64,000 nucleotides of DNA from positions 9,191,480-9,255,479 of the forward strand of contig CM121342.1 of assembly GCA_051530055.1 (NCBI GenBank). The letters run 5' to 3'. The notes beneath the pieces are model-generated. The model searched no databases and was not told the DNA's origin. It saw nothing but the letters and a program-made list of their open reading frames with translations. Made by a program: the position numbers and the translations under genes. This stretch comes from Neoechinorhynchus agilis (taxonomy: Eukaryota; Animalia; Acanthocephala). Below are positions 12,911-23,290 of the stretch, piece by piece; position 1 is the stretch's first letter, and each line of letters starts with the position of its first letter.

Positions 12911-13127
12911 GATAAACTGAAAAAGTTATTGGATAATTTGGAACTAGATTTTGCCCCTCTTAACTCTTTTTTAATCAAATTATTTTTTACAAAAATGTGG
13001 TTTTATAATCCTGCACTTAGAAATTGTAAGTATGTGAGGGTTGGGGTTCCTGCTTTTAGATTTCAATGCGGTGAGGACCCGCGTAACGCAAAATATGTCT
13101 CCGTTCTGTTTTTAGGGTTATCGTATA

Positions 13128-13282
13128 TTAGAAAAAAAATTTATTTTTTACCAGACAATAATCGATCGTTTTGGAACCCAGTCGATGTACATCAATGCCT
13201 GTCATAGGGGTGTCTAATACGTCCAAGTACCGTAAATGTTTAACGTTTTTAAAAAACCATCATCGAAAACATAAAAATTAGT
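13128..13282 (-). pseudogene. LRR gene, piece 3 (downstream of the Penelope composite insertion)
   Basis: Joined at the TSD it continues LILANTN-FYVFDDGFL, then after a 1-nt homopolymer shift KNVKHLRYLDVLDTPM (LRR consensus). Confidence 0.7.
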
Positions 13283-13346
13283 CATTCATTATTACTGATG
13301 GGTGAAACGAGATTTGTTTTGTGCGGACACCCAGACGTTTTTTATT

Positions 13347-13387
13347 ATGCAAATTTTCGGAGAGCAAAGTCTCCCTCTTCAGGCTTT
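13347..13387 (-). ncRNA. Penelope-type hammerhead ribozyme core
   Basis: CTGAAGA-G-GGAGA(ctttgc)TCTCC-GAA-AATT; stem I weak. Confidence 0.7.
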
Positions 13388-13390
13388 TGG

Positions 13391-13984
13391 TCATCTGAAA
13401 AAATTATTGTCTTGAGAATCTCTTTTAAAAAATGCCTCTTGCCCGGTTGCATCCTGGATCCTGGACCATGTTTTAACCTCTTCCGGCTGCAACATAAGCG
13501 TGACATTACTTTTGTTGCCCTCCATAAGGTGGTCTTCTTTTTTAATCATCAGGGCTTCCATTGTCAACCTCCTCTCCAGGTTTTCTTCCTGCACTAGCAT
13601 CCTGGCGCCCTCAAAATTGACCTCGTGGTCGTGTATGGAGATATGGTTGAAAATCGCTGACGCGGTGTCTCCTTTTCGCACGTTATATTTGTGCTGTTGA
13701 ATGCGTTTCTTCAGTCCCTGGATGGTCTGACCTATATAGACCGCATTGCAATCTTTACACGGTATGCCGTATACCCCTGCGTCGTGCTTCCTTTCTGGCT
13801 TCCTCTTGAAGTACCCCGCAAGGGTTCCACCAGCTTTGGTATAAAACCTACAAGGAATCCCCTGGGTTGCCTTCCTAACGTTCGCCGTACATACGTCGCT
13901 AATGAAGCGGCCTCCCAACCATATCGAGTTTTCTTTTACGCATTCCTTTTGATCTCCTTTTTTGATAGTTCCCCACATCTTCAT
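13391..13984 (-). mobile_element. Penelope-like GIY-YIG endonuclease (5'-truncated ORF)
   Basis: GVYGIPCKDCNAVYIGQT...LKKRIQQH...SAIFNH...R..MEALMI..N. Confidence 0.9.
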
Positions 13985-14455
13985 CCTGGCTTGTTTGATA
14001 CTGAATTAAAAAAAATTAGGACTATGGAAAAAAATCGCAAGATCGATGATCAAAAAAAGAAAAGTCCACACCTTTTTGTTGCAAAGGAAAAGATTTGAAT
14101 TTTTAAACAAATGGAGAGTCCAAAGAACCCATTCTTTCAGTTTGTTACAAATCCAACGGTTCTTCGAAGTTGGAGTTTTAGGGACGACACTGCTTGAGAC
14201 GGTGAAGTTTCTTTTAAAAATGAATTTCAACTTAGCACGGATTGACTCATTGCTACCTCTCTTCTTTTTCAAGATACGGAATATTCACTTTTGTTGTTTT
14301 TAGGATGGATTTTTGTTGTTGTTGTTGTGGACGACTACATCAAATTTTTCCGTTTTTCGAGCATGTAGCCAACCGATAATTGTTTATTTTCAAAATCACA
14401 CACACACCTGCACACTTTGATAACTGAGAAAAAAATTATTGTTTTTTTATGAAAA

Positions 14456-14917
14456 TTACCAATGCCTATAAGGCTCAAAGAAAGCCTCTCGACAGCGAAT
14501 CACGGGGCCACAACTGAAACTCCTTTGTGGTCGACAGATTACTTCGAATGAATTAGGGCGATCTGGTCTTGGTTCGCAAATCTTCGCTGGACAAGGATTA
14601 GTTTGTTCTTGTGGTTGATAAGGAGGCATTGGGCAAATATTCAGAGCATCGTATCGGGTCGAATGACTCGAGAGGACCGGATTACAACAAATCCAAGGAT
14701 TAACTCCTTTTTCATACGATGGACAATCGAAGAATGGCACTGCTCGTTGTTCGTAAGGCCGCATCGGTGGCCGATGCAATGTTCGTTGAAGAACCAATGG
14801 AGGCGGCTGCTGGTAACAGATAGTTTGTTGGCACTTCTTCTCAGGACTACAATTGTTCATGGATGAAAGGTTGAAGCAATTTCGAGGCTGGCCACATCTT
14901 CTATTGCCGAAAGTCAT
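14456..14917 (-). CDS. Cys/Pro/Gln-rich orphan protein, 153 aa (inside the Penelope cargo)
   Basis: Intact ATG-to-TAA ORF in AT-rich surroundings with many C, P and Q residues; no recognised domain. Confidence 0.5.
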   Translation of the reverse strand: MTFGNRRCGQPRNCFNLSSMNNCSPEKKCQQTICYQQPPPLVLQRTLHRPPMRPYEQRAVPFFDCPSYEKGVNPWICCNPVLSSHSTRYDALNICPMPPYQPQEQTNPCPAKICEPRPDRPNSFEVICRPQRSFSCGPVIRCREAFFEPYRHW

Positions 14918-15639
14918 AACAATCGATACACTCTAATCTGTCTCTCGCTCTCTAAGGCACAAGTGTCACTTGGCAACGATGTTTTATGGTTGTTTTTTAA
15001 ATTGAGGTCTCCGGTAGAGGAGGGTAAGTTTGAATGTAGATTTAAAGGAAGTAAGCAGCTAGTCGCTTGGTAACTGTGACTGATGTGGCCTCTTTTTTTT
15101 GAATTCAAAAGTGCCTCAATTTCCATGGAAACTGCGCACGTTAGCAAGATTTTCTTACAAGAAGAGCACATGATGGGCGGCGACTCGGCCAGGAGAAGAA
15201 CCAATGCCAAAAGTAGGCGCAATGCAACAAATCCAAAAAAAGACGGATTATGCAAGTCCGTGGTTTGTGAAAGAGTGAATACAGTTTGCTTTGGAAAACC
15301 TCAAATTGGAGTTATATATTTGCCTATAATAATTGGAATCACAATGCTCATTGTCGCAATATTCAATTTGTCTACTCCGATTAATTTGATCAAGTTTATT
15401 TAATTGAATAAAGAATTTTTTGAAAAAAAAGAAATATGGCGGCTAACGTGGGCTCATTTTCTGAACAGCAGCAAATTAAAAAGAGTTGTCAAGTCTTCAA
15501 AATAGTCGTAATTTCCGATATCTCATTATGATGACTCAAATCGAGTGAGAACGCATTAGAAACGCGACAAAAAAAACAATCGAACATTTTGTATTCGGGT
15601 TTAGAGGTTTCCCAGAAGTATCCTATCTTTTATCTTCTC

Positions 15640-15758
15640 CTCCCCATCGAAAGTGAGTCAGCGCAGAGCGAAATTTTCAAAGGTTTTAGAAATCTGGCAC
15701 CCGGTATAGAATTGATCGCTCTTGACCGGCTGAGTCTTCTAGGGAGCTGCGTTTTTGA
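15640..15758 (+). mobile_element. CRE-clade RT fragment
   Basis: GFRNLAPGIELIALDRLSLLGSCVF matches GFEAVAPGLKLVTREQLSLQDSCVF in ORF 970-1761. Confidence 0.7.
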
Positions 15759-16079
15759 AAACGCATTCAACAGCACAAATATAACGTGCGAAAAGGAGAC
15801 ACCGCGTCAGCGATTTTCAACCATATCTCCATACACGACCACGAGGTCAATTTTGAGGGCGCCAGGATGCTAGTGCAGGAAGAAAACCTGGAGAGGAGGT
15901 TGACAATGGAAGCCCTGATGATTAAAAAAGAAGACCACCTTATGGAGGGCAACAAAAGTAATGTCACGCTTATGTTGCAGCCGGAAGAGGTTAAAACATG
16001 GTCCAGGATCCAGGATGCAACCGGGCAAGAGGCATTTTTTAAAAGAGATTCTCAAGACAATAATTTTTTCAGATGACCA

Positions 16080-16120
16080 AAAGCCTGACGAGGGAGACTT
16101 TGCTCTCCGAAAATTTGCAT
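16080..16120 (+). ncRNA. Hammerhead ribozyme core in the inverted Penelope terminus
   Basis: CTGACGA(16085-16091)-G-GGAGA(ctttgc)TCTCC-GAAA(16109-16112). Confidence 0.7.
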
Positions 16121-16153
16121 AATAAAAAACGTCTGGGTGTCCGCACAAAACAA

Positions 16154-16702
16154 ATAAAAATTAGTATTTGCTAATATTAGTTTTTGAAGTAATTCGTTGT
16201 TTCGAAAAATTCCCGTCGGAAGCAAGGTCAAATCGAAATTTTGTCCGAGATTAAGTACTTCAAGTTTTTCCAGTGCAAAAAATGCATCCTTGTATATCCG
16301 CACGATTCCGTTCAATGACATGTCCAATTGGGTAACATTTGTCCACGAATCGAAGTAATTAGGGCGAATTATTCCTATACGATTTCTTTTTAGAATCAAC
16401 GTTTCCGTCCGATTGTTTCCACGTGGTACTTCTCCAAGATTTGAGCCCAAAATCTTCACAACTTTGACTTTTGGCATTCTGGCTAGAATTTCTGAATTCA
16501 AACTGTGAGCGATTCCACCGTGTACAATAAATTCCTCCATATTTTCGAATTGAAATTCCTCTTCAAACAATTTGTTTAAATCTGCTCGGTATGAAAATTC
16601 CAAGATTTTAAGATTCTCTTCTTTTGCTAATCGACTCAAATTGATCTCATTTAAAGGATTAGCATCGATCCGTATATTTTCCAGTCTTCTAAAATTGAAT
16701 TC
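16154..16702 (-). pseudogene. Leucine-rich-repeat protein, piece 2 (main block)
   Basis: LENIRIDANPL, ETLILKRNRIGII, VTQLDMSLNGIVRI, LEKLEVLNLGQNFDL, LQKLILANTN; frame open 16154-16705. Confidence 0.85.
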
Positions 16703-17262
16703 ACGACGTTATCCGGTCATGAGATATCCGCCTTGACCAGTGGTCGGCATTCTAGCATTCGTTGTTATTATTTTCACTTGCCTATAATATCCTTGGGAAG
16801 TTTATTGGAATTGACCCTGTGGATTGACCACCCGAGTTAAATATCGCCTTGAACATCGGTCGACACATCAGCGTTCGTTGGCATTCGCTGCATTTGGCCA
16901 TAATATTCATGGGGCGTTCGTTGGGATTGACCCTGTGGATTCGTGGCTGACCCATAATATCCGCTTTGGGCTGCAGCCTGTATTCATTTCCTTCTGGCAA
17001 TCGTTGATCCTTTGTCAACTGTTGAGGTCGTATCTGATGAAGCGGAATTTGACGACGTTATCCGGTCATGAGATATCCGCCTTGACCAGTGGTCGGCATT
17101 CTAGCATTCGTTGTTATTATTTTCACTTGCCTATAATATCCTTGGGAAGTTTATTGGAATTGACCCTGTGGATTGACCACCCGAGTAAAATATCCGCCTT
17201 GAACATCGGTCGGCACATCAGCATTCATTCGCATTCGCTGCATTTGGCCATAATATTCATGG
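16703..17262. repeat. Block of the 117-bp repeat family inserted into the LRR gene
   Basis: Same A/B/C subunits as 8640-11770; GAATTC at 16697-16702 and 17263-17268. Confidence 0.85.
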
Positions 17263-17312
17263 GAATTCTGCTTCAAGCAGTCCCAGGACGACATAAATTC
17301 GTTCTACGCAAA
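17263..17312 (-). pseudogene. LRR gene, piece 1
   Basis: Removing 16703-17262 plus one GAATTC restores VCVERIYVVLGLLEAEFNFRRLENIRIDANPL in frame; candidate AG acceptor at 17313-17314. Confidence 0.55.
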
Positions 17313-17609
17313 CTTTTTAATAATAAATTTTAAAAATAAATGCTGAAAAAACAACGAAAATCTGTTTGACGTCGAATTCCATATTTTAATTTTCGAATTA
17401 ACGATTCCGTAAAGGCAACGAATTTCTTTAATAACTAATTGTCATGGACAAAAAATGAACATGATTTTATTTTAAGTTTGTGATGAACGTTAAGGAAAAA
17501 CATATGCACAGTCAGTTTATCTGTTGCACTTGATAAACATCAATAAAAGCCTGTTAATATTGTTAATTTCAATGGCTACCTTTAATTAATCCAAAAAATG
17601 TTAGTTTCA

Positions 17610-18800
17610 ATTTTGGAACGAGTTTTTTAAGATCATTTTAAATTAAACGAAACTTGAACGAAATATTCAAATGTCAATTTCACCCATTAGACAGATTTTC
17701 CCTTGGAATTCGACTAGGTCATTGGTTACAAAGGATTTTTATTGTCAATGAATTATTCGACCTGTAATTCTAAATTTCTGCCATGATTACGGTCAATAGC
17801 GCAAATTATTTGATAAAGAATGAAATTTAATCTCCGTTCCCGTAGATATCATCGAACGGCGCACGCTGATTGGTTCCCCTAAGAAAACAGGATATGAAAT
17901 TAAAAACAATAGATCAAATGACCGCCGATCTCTCGCTGATCTATAAATAATTTATATAAAGAGAGTCAATGGACCCACTATTTCGTGTGTATGTGAAACA
18001 AATCGCGCACTATACAACCATCAATCTTTCAGCAGCGGCCAACAAATCAAAAAAACATTTTCTACAATTCTACGATGCGCGATAGAGCAATACCAAAGCA
18101 ACCAAACAATGAATGGCCCAGCGACTCCTCTGATGAGGAGGATTTCACTTTTAACGAGGATAATGAACCGGACAATACAACAGAACAAATGGAAGTAGCT
18201 AATCACATAGCTGTTATCGATGAAATCATTTCTGCAGTTATAAGTGGGGCCCCTGATGATGAATACATTCCATGAGCTCTTGGAGAATTTTATCAACGAA
18301 TTAGAAGTCATTTCAATGAGCTACAAGAAGACAATACCTCAGAGGAAGACGAGGAACAATGGCAACAGTAAAATTTCCGCGAATTCTATAAATTCGCTAT
18401 TTCTTTTTAAATAAATTGATACAGAGCCTTAGAGAAAACACCATAATTTCGGTTCATATCCAAATTTCAATATAAAATGTCATCGAAAAAATTTATAGAC
18501 GCGAGTCATAAACTGCAGATTGAGGAGCTAAGAGTTCGCTCATTACTCAGCCACCACTCCCTTCTTCGTTTTACTCTACCTTTAGATTTTACATTGATTA
18601 TTAGAATCAACTCACTAACAGTACGCGTATATTATTAATAATAAACTGCATTTTAACGAACCCACATAATATTTTTGATATAAACATTTCAACAAATGCA
18701 AAAAAATTTGAATAAGTAAACGAAACATAATAACTGAAAGAAATTCAATCTTTTTAAGCCCACGATTTTTACAGATAATTTGTAAAACAAAATCGGTAGT
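17610..18800 (+). repeat. Dispersed duplication, copy 2 (lacks the 3-kb LINE segment; acidic ORF has a premature stop)
   Basis: Matches 3415-4368 joined to 7367-7580; codon GGA is TGA at ~18273. Confidence 0.9.
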
Positions 18801-19870
18801 ATAGTTTAAATACAAAATGCAGAATTTTATTCGTAAATTGTTTAAAATGTCATTAAATTTTCGTTTCCCGTTCACAACCCTCTGAAGTAATAAAAATAGA
18901 CTTATACTCCGATCGTAAACCTCTCAAGATTCAACGATAGGATAAAATGCTTCTCCTCAAAGATTTTAACGCGAGGATAGTGTTATGTCTTTTATTATTC
19001 CCTCGTAAACTGACACATCGTCCGGAAAATTCAGATTCATCGCTTGAATCCACGGTAGCCGACATAGCGATTTATCTTCCTTTGTGCTGCAAAGGGAACT
19101 TCAATATTGAGACCAGGTTTCAATCGACCAACCCTGAAAGCTTTGATTTTTACATTTGAAACCAGCTTTAAACTAGTGAAAATTCATATCGTTTCCATTA
19201 GCGTAGAACTAATCTATAGTCTCATTTTCTTATATTTTCAACTTAAAGTACAACTGAAAAATCGTGTGTCGTATTAAATTTAGACAAGCTTTCTACTTGG
19301 TGTTTGACGCTGATTACTAAAAGATTTTCTCTTTATAATTAAATGCGTTTGATTTCGTCAAAATCAGCGCTTTAACTATACGGGACAACGTTTTCTGATT
19401 AAGACTTTATCGGTTGATCGATCGTCTTTAAAAATATATTCCTATAAAGAATTGCGATCTATTTTTGATGTGATAATAATCACTTTGTTTCGGTGTTCGG
19501 TTCATCCCGGTTTTTCGCAATTTCACTCTGCTTAAATCCACGATTCAGTTGTGTTTCTGTATTTTGTTTGGATTGCAACATTCGCAAGGAAATTAGTCAG
19601 GAATCCTAATCGCGCTGTCCTAATTTAGCTCTATATTTCAGCTAGCTCAAGCAGTTTTTATACCGGACGCCGTTCATCGAATTCGGATTTAAGACATAAT
19701 TCCGAATTCGGTGATTAGTGATCGTCGTGCACCATTCAAACATAAGAGAAAATCGGCTATGTTTTATAATTCGCATCAGTGCTTAATTCTGATATTCTCA
19801 AAGGGTGTTTTGTACGTATTTCCATGGTAACAACTACTCTCGTCCATTCCAAATATCGAAGAATGTTAAA

Positions 19871-20892
19871 ATGGAATTCCCCGAAGAAAACGACGAGGCT
19901 CCCATAGTTCCGAAACGAGGTAAAATACTGTGCAGACTTGGCGCCGGTTCGTATGGAACGGTTTACAAGTTACTCAACACCGATACTGGAGAAATAAGAG
20001 CGCTGAAAACCGGATTTGTACGAGATATAAAGCGAATCCAACTGAAAACTGAACACGAAGTCTACGAGGCAGTTGGGAATCGTTTTGGATTTGTTAAATG
20101 TTATAATGCCATTTTTGGCACAAAAGTAAGTTCAATTGAGCTGGACTACATGGGTCCAAGCGTGCATGGCATTGCTGCTCTTCGTCGCACATTTGGATTC
20201 AACGAAAAGACCGTCTTGATGCTCGCATATCAGATGATCAATGCACTGGAATCCTTAAAGCACAGAGTTCAAATCTTTTAGTCTAGAATAAAGATTTGAG
20301 ATCTTAATACACGAATGCCACTTTTTACACCGTGATGTAAAGCTAAGCCACTTTGTTCTTGGTCGTGGTCATCGTTCTCATGAAAGTTCCCTTGATAGAT
20401 TTCGGTCTGTCCAAACGATATAGAGATCGCGAAACTTTGAAACATATCGAGAATGGCACTTCATCGGGGCTTGTTGGGACTCTTCGTTATATGTCTTTGA
20501 ATGCGCATCGAAACAAAGAAACTGCAAGAAGAGATGATCTTGAGTCACTCGGATATGCGCTGGTTCATATGAGCAGAGGAAATCTTCCTTGGATGGGCAT
20601 ACGAGCTATCGACCGGAAGGATAGATATGAACGAGTCTTTGGAATGAAAAGGCGAACGAGTATAGAAACTCTTTGTTCGGGTAGCTGTTCCCCATTTCTA
20701 TTACCATTTATGCGATACGTCCGAGAACTCGAGTTTGATGAGCGTCCCGATTACCAGTACTTAAAGGACCTCGTTCTGTCGCGAATGATTGAGATGCACT
20801 TTCGATTCGATTTTAACACAAACCAGCAAGCGAATAAAACTTTAATTTTAAACGACATTTCTATCTGTACCCCAAGAATTGGAAGCTATTGA
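19871..20892 (+). pseudogene. Casein kinase 1-like protein kinase, disrupted
   Basis: LGAGSYGTVY, RALK, HECHFLHRDVK, LIDFGLSKRY, GTLRYMSLNAH, RRDDLESLGY, LPWMG, LEFDERPDY; 52-nt interruption at 20258-20309 and +1 shift at 20383-20385. Confidence 0.85.
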
Positions 20893-20973
20893 ACTTAAAC
20901 GCGGCTTGTAATGTGTAAACGGCGTCAACTTTTAGGTTTTTAAACGTTTTTTAACAATCCATGCACACCCATA

Positions 20974-21381
20974 ATGTTCGGAAAAACATCGAGATGGATT
21001 TTCAGATTTGTAACCAAAATGGAAAGGCGTCGAAGTAATCAAATTGGAGTTAGTCACAAAAAGTTGCTCTCAAAATATGTGCGAATTGCAGAAAGCATTC
21101 TAAAATCAGGACATGTACAAGTTGAACTTTTGGCTATGGGCGGACCATCGATTTGTAGATGCATCCAATGTGCTAATGCATTGGCTGAAAAATTTGCCCT
21201 TGTTATTGATGGTTAAATTCAAACCGATACCGTTGATCGCGAGGACAGTTCAGAAGGTTTAAGCAACCAATGTTGCAACGATTCGTCGGATGAAGAGGAG
21301 ATCAGCTTGACCGCTACAAACAAGCGAGTATCAACAATTTTAGTCCGAATGACGTTGAACGATCGGCTTATGAGTAAGTAA
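20974..21381 (+). pseudogene. Alba-domain (Rpp20/Pop7- or Rpp25-like) protein with an internal TAA
   Basis: NQIGVSHK..YVRIAESIL..VELLAMG..I.RCI..A..L, stop at 21214-21216, then in-frame IQTDTVD...KRVSTILVRM matching the Alba C-terminus; recognised by eye only. Confidence 0.55.
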
Positions 21382-21511
21382 AACCTTTGAGAAATGAGTA
21401 ATCCGTCCGAGATATTCTGGGAACATATCTTATTTAGCAGCGCTTTTTTGTGTAATTTATAAAATTTCAACGATCAATCAAAGCTTTTAATAATCACAAA
21501 AAAGTGAAAAA

Positions 21512-22492
21512 TCATCTTAGTTGCTTTCGCTCGTGTTTAAAGGGATCTAATTTGTGTCCAGCCATTTCATGTAGCCAATTAAATCTAACGGAAGCATCTA
21601 GAGCGTCCAGCTTTTTCATATCGTCATCATCCAGTTCGATTGAATCTTTTGATCGAAGGTTTTCCTCTAATCGTTTCGGATTGGCTGATTTTGCGATGGT
21701 ATTGTATCCTTTCTGGAGACACCAACGAATTAGAACTTGAGCAGGAGTCTTTTGGTGTTTCTTAGCGATGTCCTTAACGACCTCGTGATCGAGCAGAATT
21801 ATTTCACCAGGTTCCCGTGCGTATGGCGCTCCCAAAGGTGCGTATGCCTGAACCAGAATGCCTTTATGTTGGCAATATTGATTGAGTTCGGTTTGTGCAA
21901 GAAGAGGATGAGCTTCGAGTTGGTGTGCTTCGATGGCTACTTCTGGACACTCCCTTTCAAGACGTTTCAGCTGATCCAAAGTAAAATTACTAACACCCAA
22001 GTGTTTCACCTTTCCTTCCTTTTTCAGTTCACCCATCGCTTTGAAAGTTTCGACATAATCGACATCCGAAAAGGCTACTCGTCCCGTCTCTGGGTCCACG
22101 GGAGATTGATCGTCTGTTCCCTCCTTATATGCAGTTGGCCAATGAATCAAGTAAAGGTCAATATAGTCGAGATTAAGGGCATTAAAAGACTTCTCGAACC
22201 CAACTCGGACTTGTTCTTTTGATCTAAATGTATTCCACAGTTTCGTTGTGATAAATAGATCACTCCGCTTGACGGCTCCGTTTGAATTAGCAATGAACTC
22301 ACGAACCGCTTCACCGATTTCCTTCTCGTTTCCATAAAGCCAAGCTGTATCGATGTGTCGGTATCCAAGTGTCAAAGCGCATTTGACTGCATCGATGGCT
22401 GTGCTATCATTGGATAACCACGTACCTAGTCCGAGTGATGGGATCTTGTCGCCATCCGAAAAGGTTTCGTAGTCAATTGCTTTAACTGGCAT
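21512..22492 (-). CDS. Aldo-keto reductase (AKR1-like), intact and intronless
   Basis: IPSLGLGTW, GYRHIDTAWLY, LFITTKLW, IDLYLIHWP, VKHLGVSNF, QVLIRW..Q, IAKS...RL.EN; catalytic D/Y/K/H present; ATG at 22492. Confidence 0.95.
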   Translation of the reverse strand: MPVKAIDYETFSDGDKIPSLGLGTWLSNDSTAIDAVKCALTLGYRHIDTAWLYGNEKEIGEAVREFIANSNGAVKRSDLFITTKLWNTFRSKEQVRVGFEKSFNALNLDYIDLYLIHWPTAYKEGTDDQSPVDPETGRVAFSDVDYVETFKAMGELKKEGKVKHLGVSNFTLDQLKRLERECPEVAIEAHQLEAHPLLAQTELNQYCQHKGILVQAYAPLGAPYAREPGEIILLDHEVVKDIAKKHQKTPAQVLIRWCLQKGYNTIAKSANPKRLEENLRSKDSIELDDDDMKKLDALDASVRFNWLHEMAGHKLDPFKHERKQLR

Positions 22493-23074
22493 CACTTTTT
22501 GTAAAGTAAAACGCCGTCTTAAAAGGAGTAAAATGTGGATTAGTCAGAGGCTGTGAGTGTAAACATTTCCCCCCCCCAAGAAAAAAGATCAGAGCTTACA
22601 GTCTTTTGCTTGAGGAGAGTTAGAATTTTTTTCTAATGAAAGCTCCGATGACTTAGTTGGAATAACGTCATGGAGTCGTTGCAAGATAACGATTGTCGTG
22701 GCAACGACAACAATTTTTAACCTTTCTTTAATTCAGTTCGCTTGTTTTTTGAGACGAGATCAAATAACTACCAATAAAGCAGTAATTTGGCTAATAAAAT
22801 GTTTGTAGGAATTTGTTGCTTTCTCGGTTTACATGGTAGTTTTTTGTTAAAAATCACGAATTTTCGCCTTATGCTTATTCAGTTTAACTTTAGAAACATT
22901 AGTTTTATTCTGCAGTTCAATTTTATGCCTATTCAAATGTAATCTAATCGTTCTTATCTCCTCTATTTTTTTTGTTTAGACTTACAATCTTCTAAAACGA
23001 AAACGCTTCTAAACAAAAACATTTGACATCTCGTTTAAAAGATTTATGAACTGCTGTCCCGGTTTACTGATTGA

Positions 23075-23290
23075 AAGGGCGGATGCAATCTCCCCCACCT
23101 CGTTGAATAGCCAGGCTTATGTTTTGCATAAGAAATTCTCATGTCCTCAGATCTTCAATGATTCGTCTCAGTCTCTTCGACTATTGATTGACCGGATCTT
23201 GCTCCGCGGTACCAAACGACCCGCTTGTGTGTCGACTTCAGCATCGGTTGCTGCTCTCCTGCTTTAACAGCGGCCAATTTTATGAATCGA
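23075..23290 (-). mobile_element. Highly degenerate CRE-clade endonuclease 3' fragment
   Basis: One minus frame reads RIIEDLRT*EFLMQNISLAIQRG, matching FLRQNISLAVQRG of the 74-1072 ORF. Confidence 0.6.

Larger units (their letters stand above)
13283..16153 (-). mobile_element. Composite Penelope-derived insertion with ~397-bp inverted termini, internal cargo and 12-bp TSD
   Basis: ataaaaattagt at 13271-13282 and 16154-16165; 13312-13708 is the near-identical reverse complement of 15759-16155. Confidence 0.8.

Noticed and set aside
21214-21216. Possible TAA=Gln alternative nuclear code (in-frame TAA in Alba and in the 117-bp repeat)
   Set aside because: The 327-codon AKR has no internal TAA/TAG, and TAA terminates other ORFs normally; CAA to TAA mutation is sufficient.
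21512-22492. Bacterial horizontal origin of the intronless AKR
   Set aside because: Motifs (IHWP.A, PLG.P, IAKS) fit eukaryotic AKR1-type enzymes; lack of introns alone is not evidence, and phylogeny would be needed.
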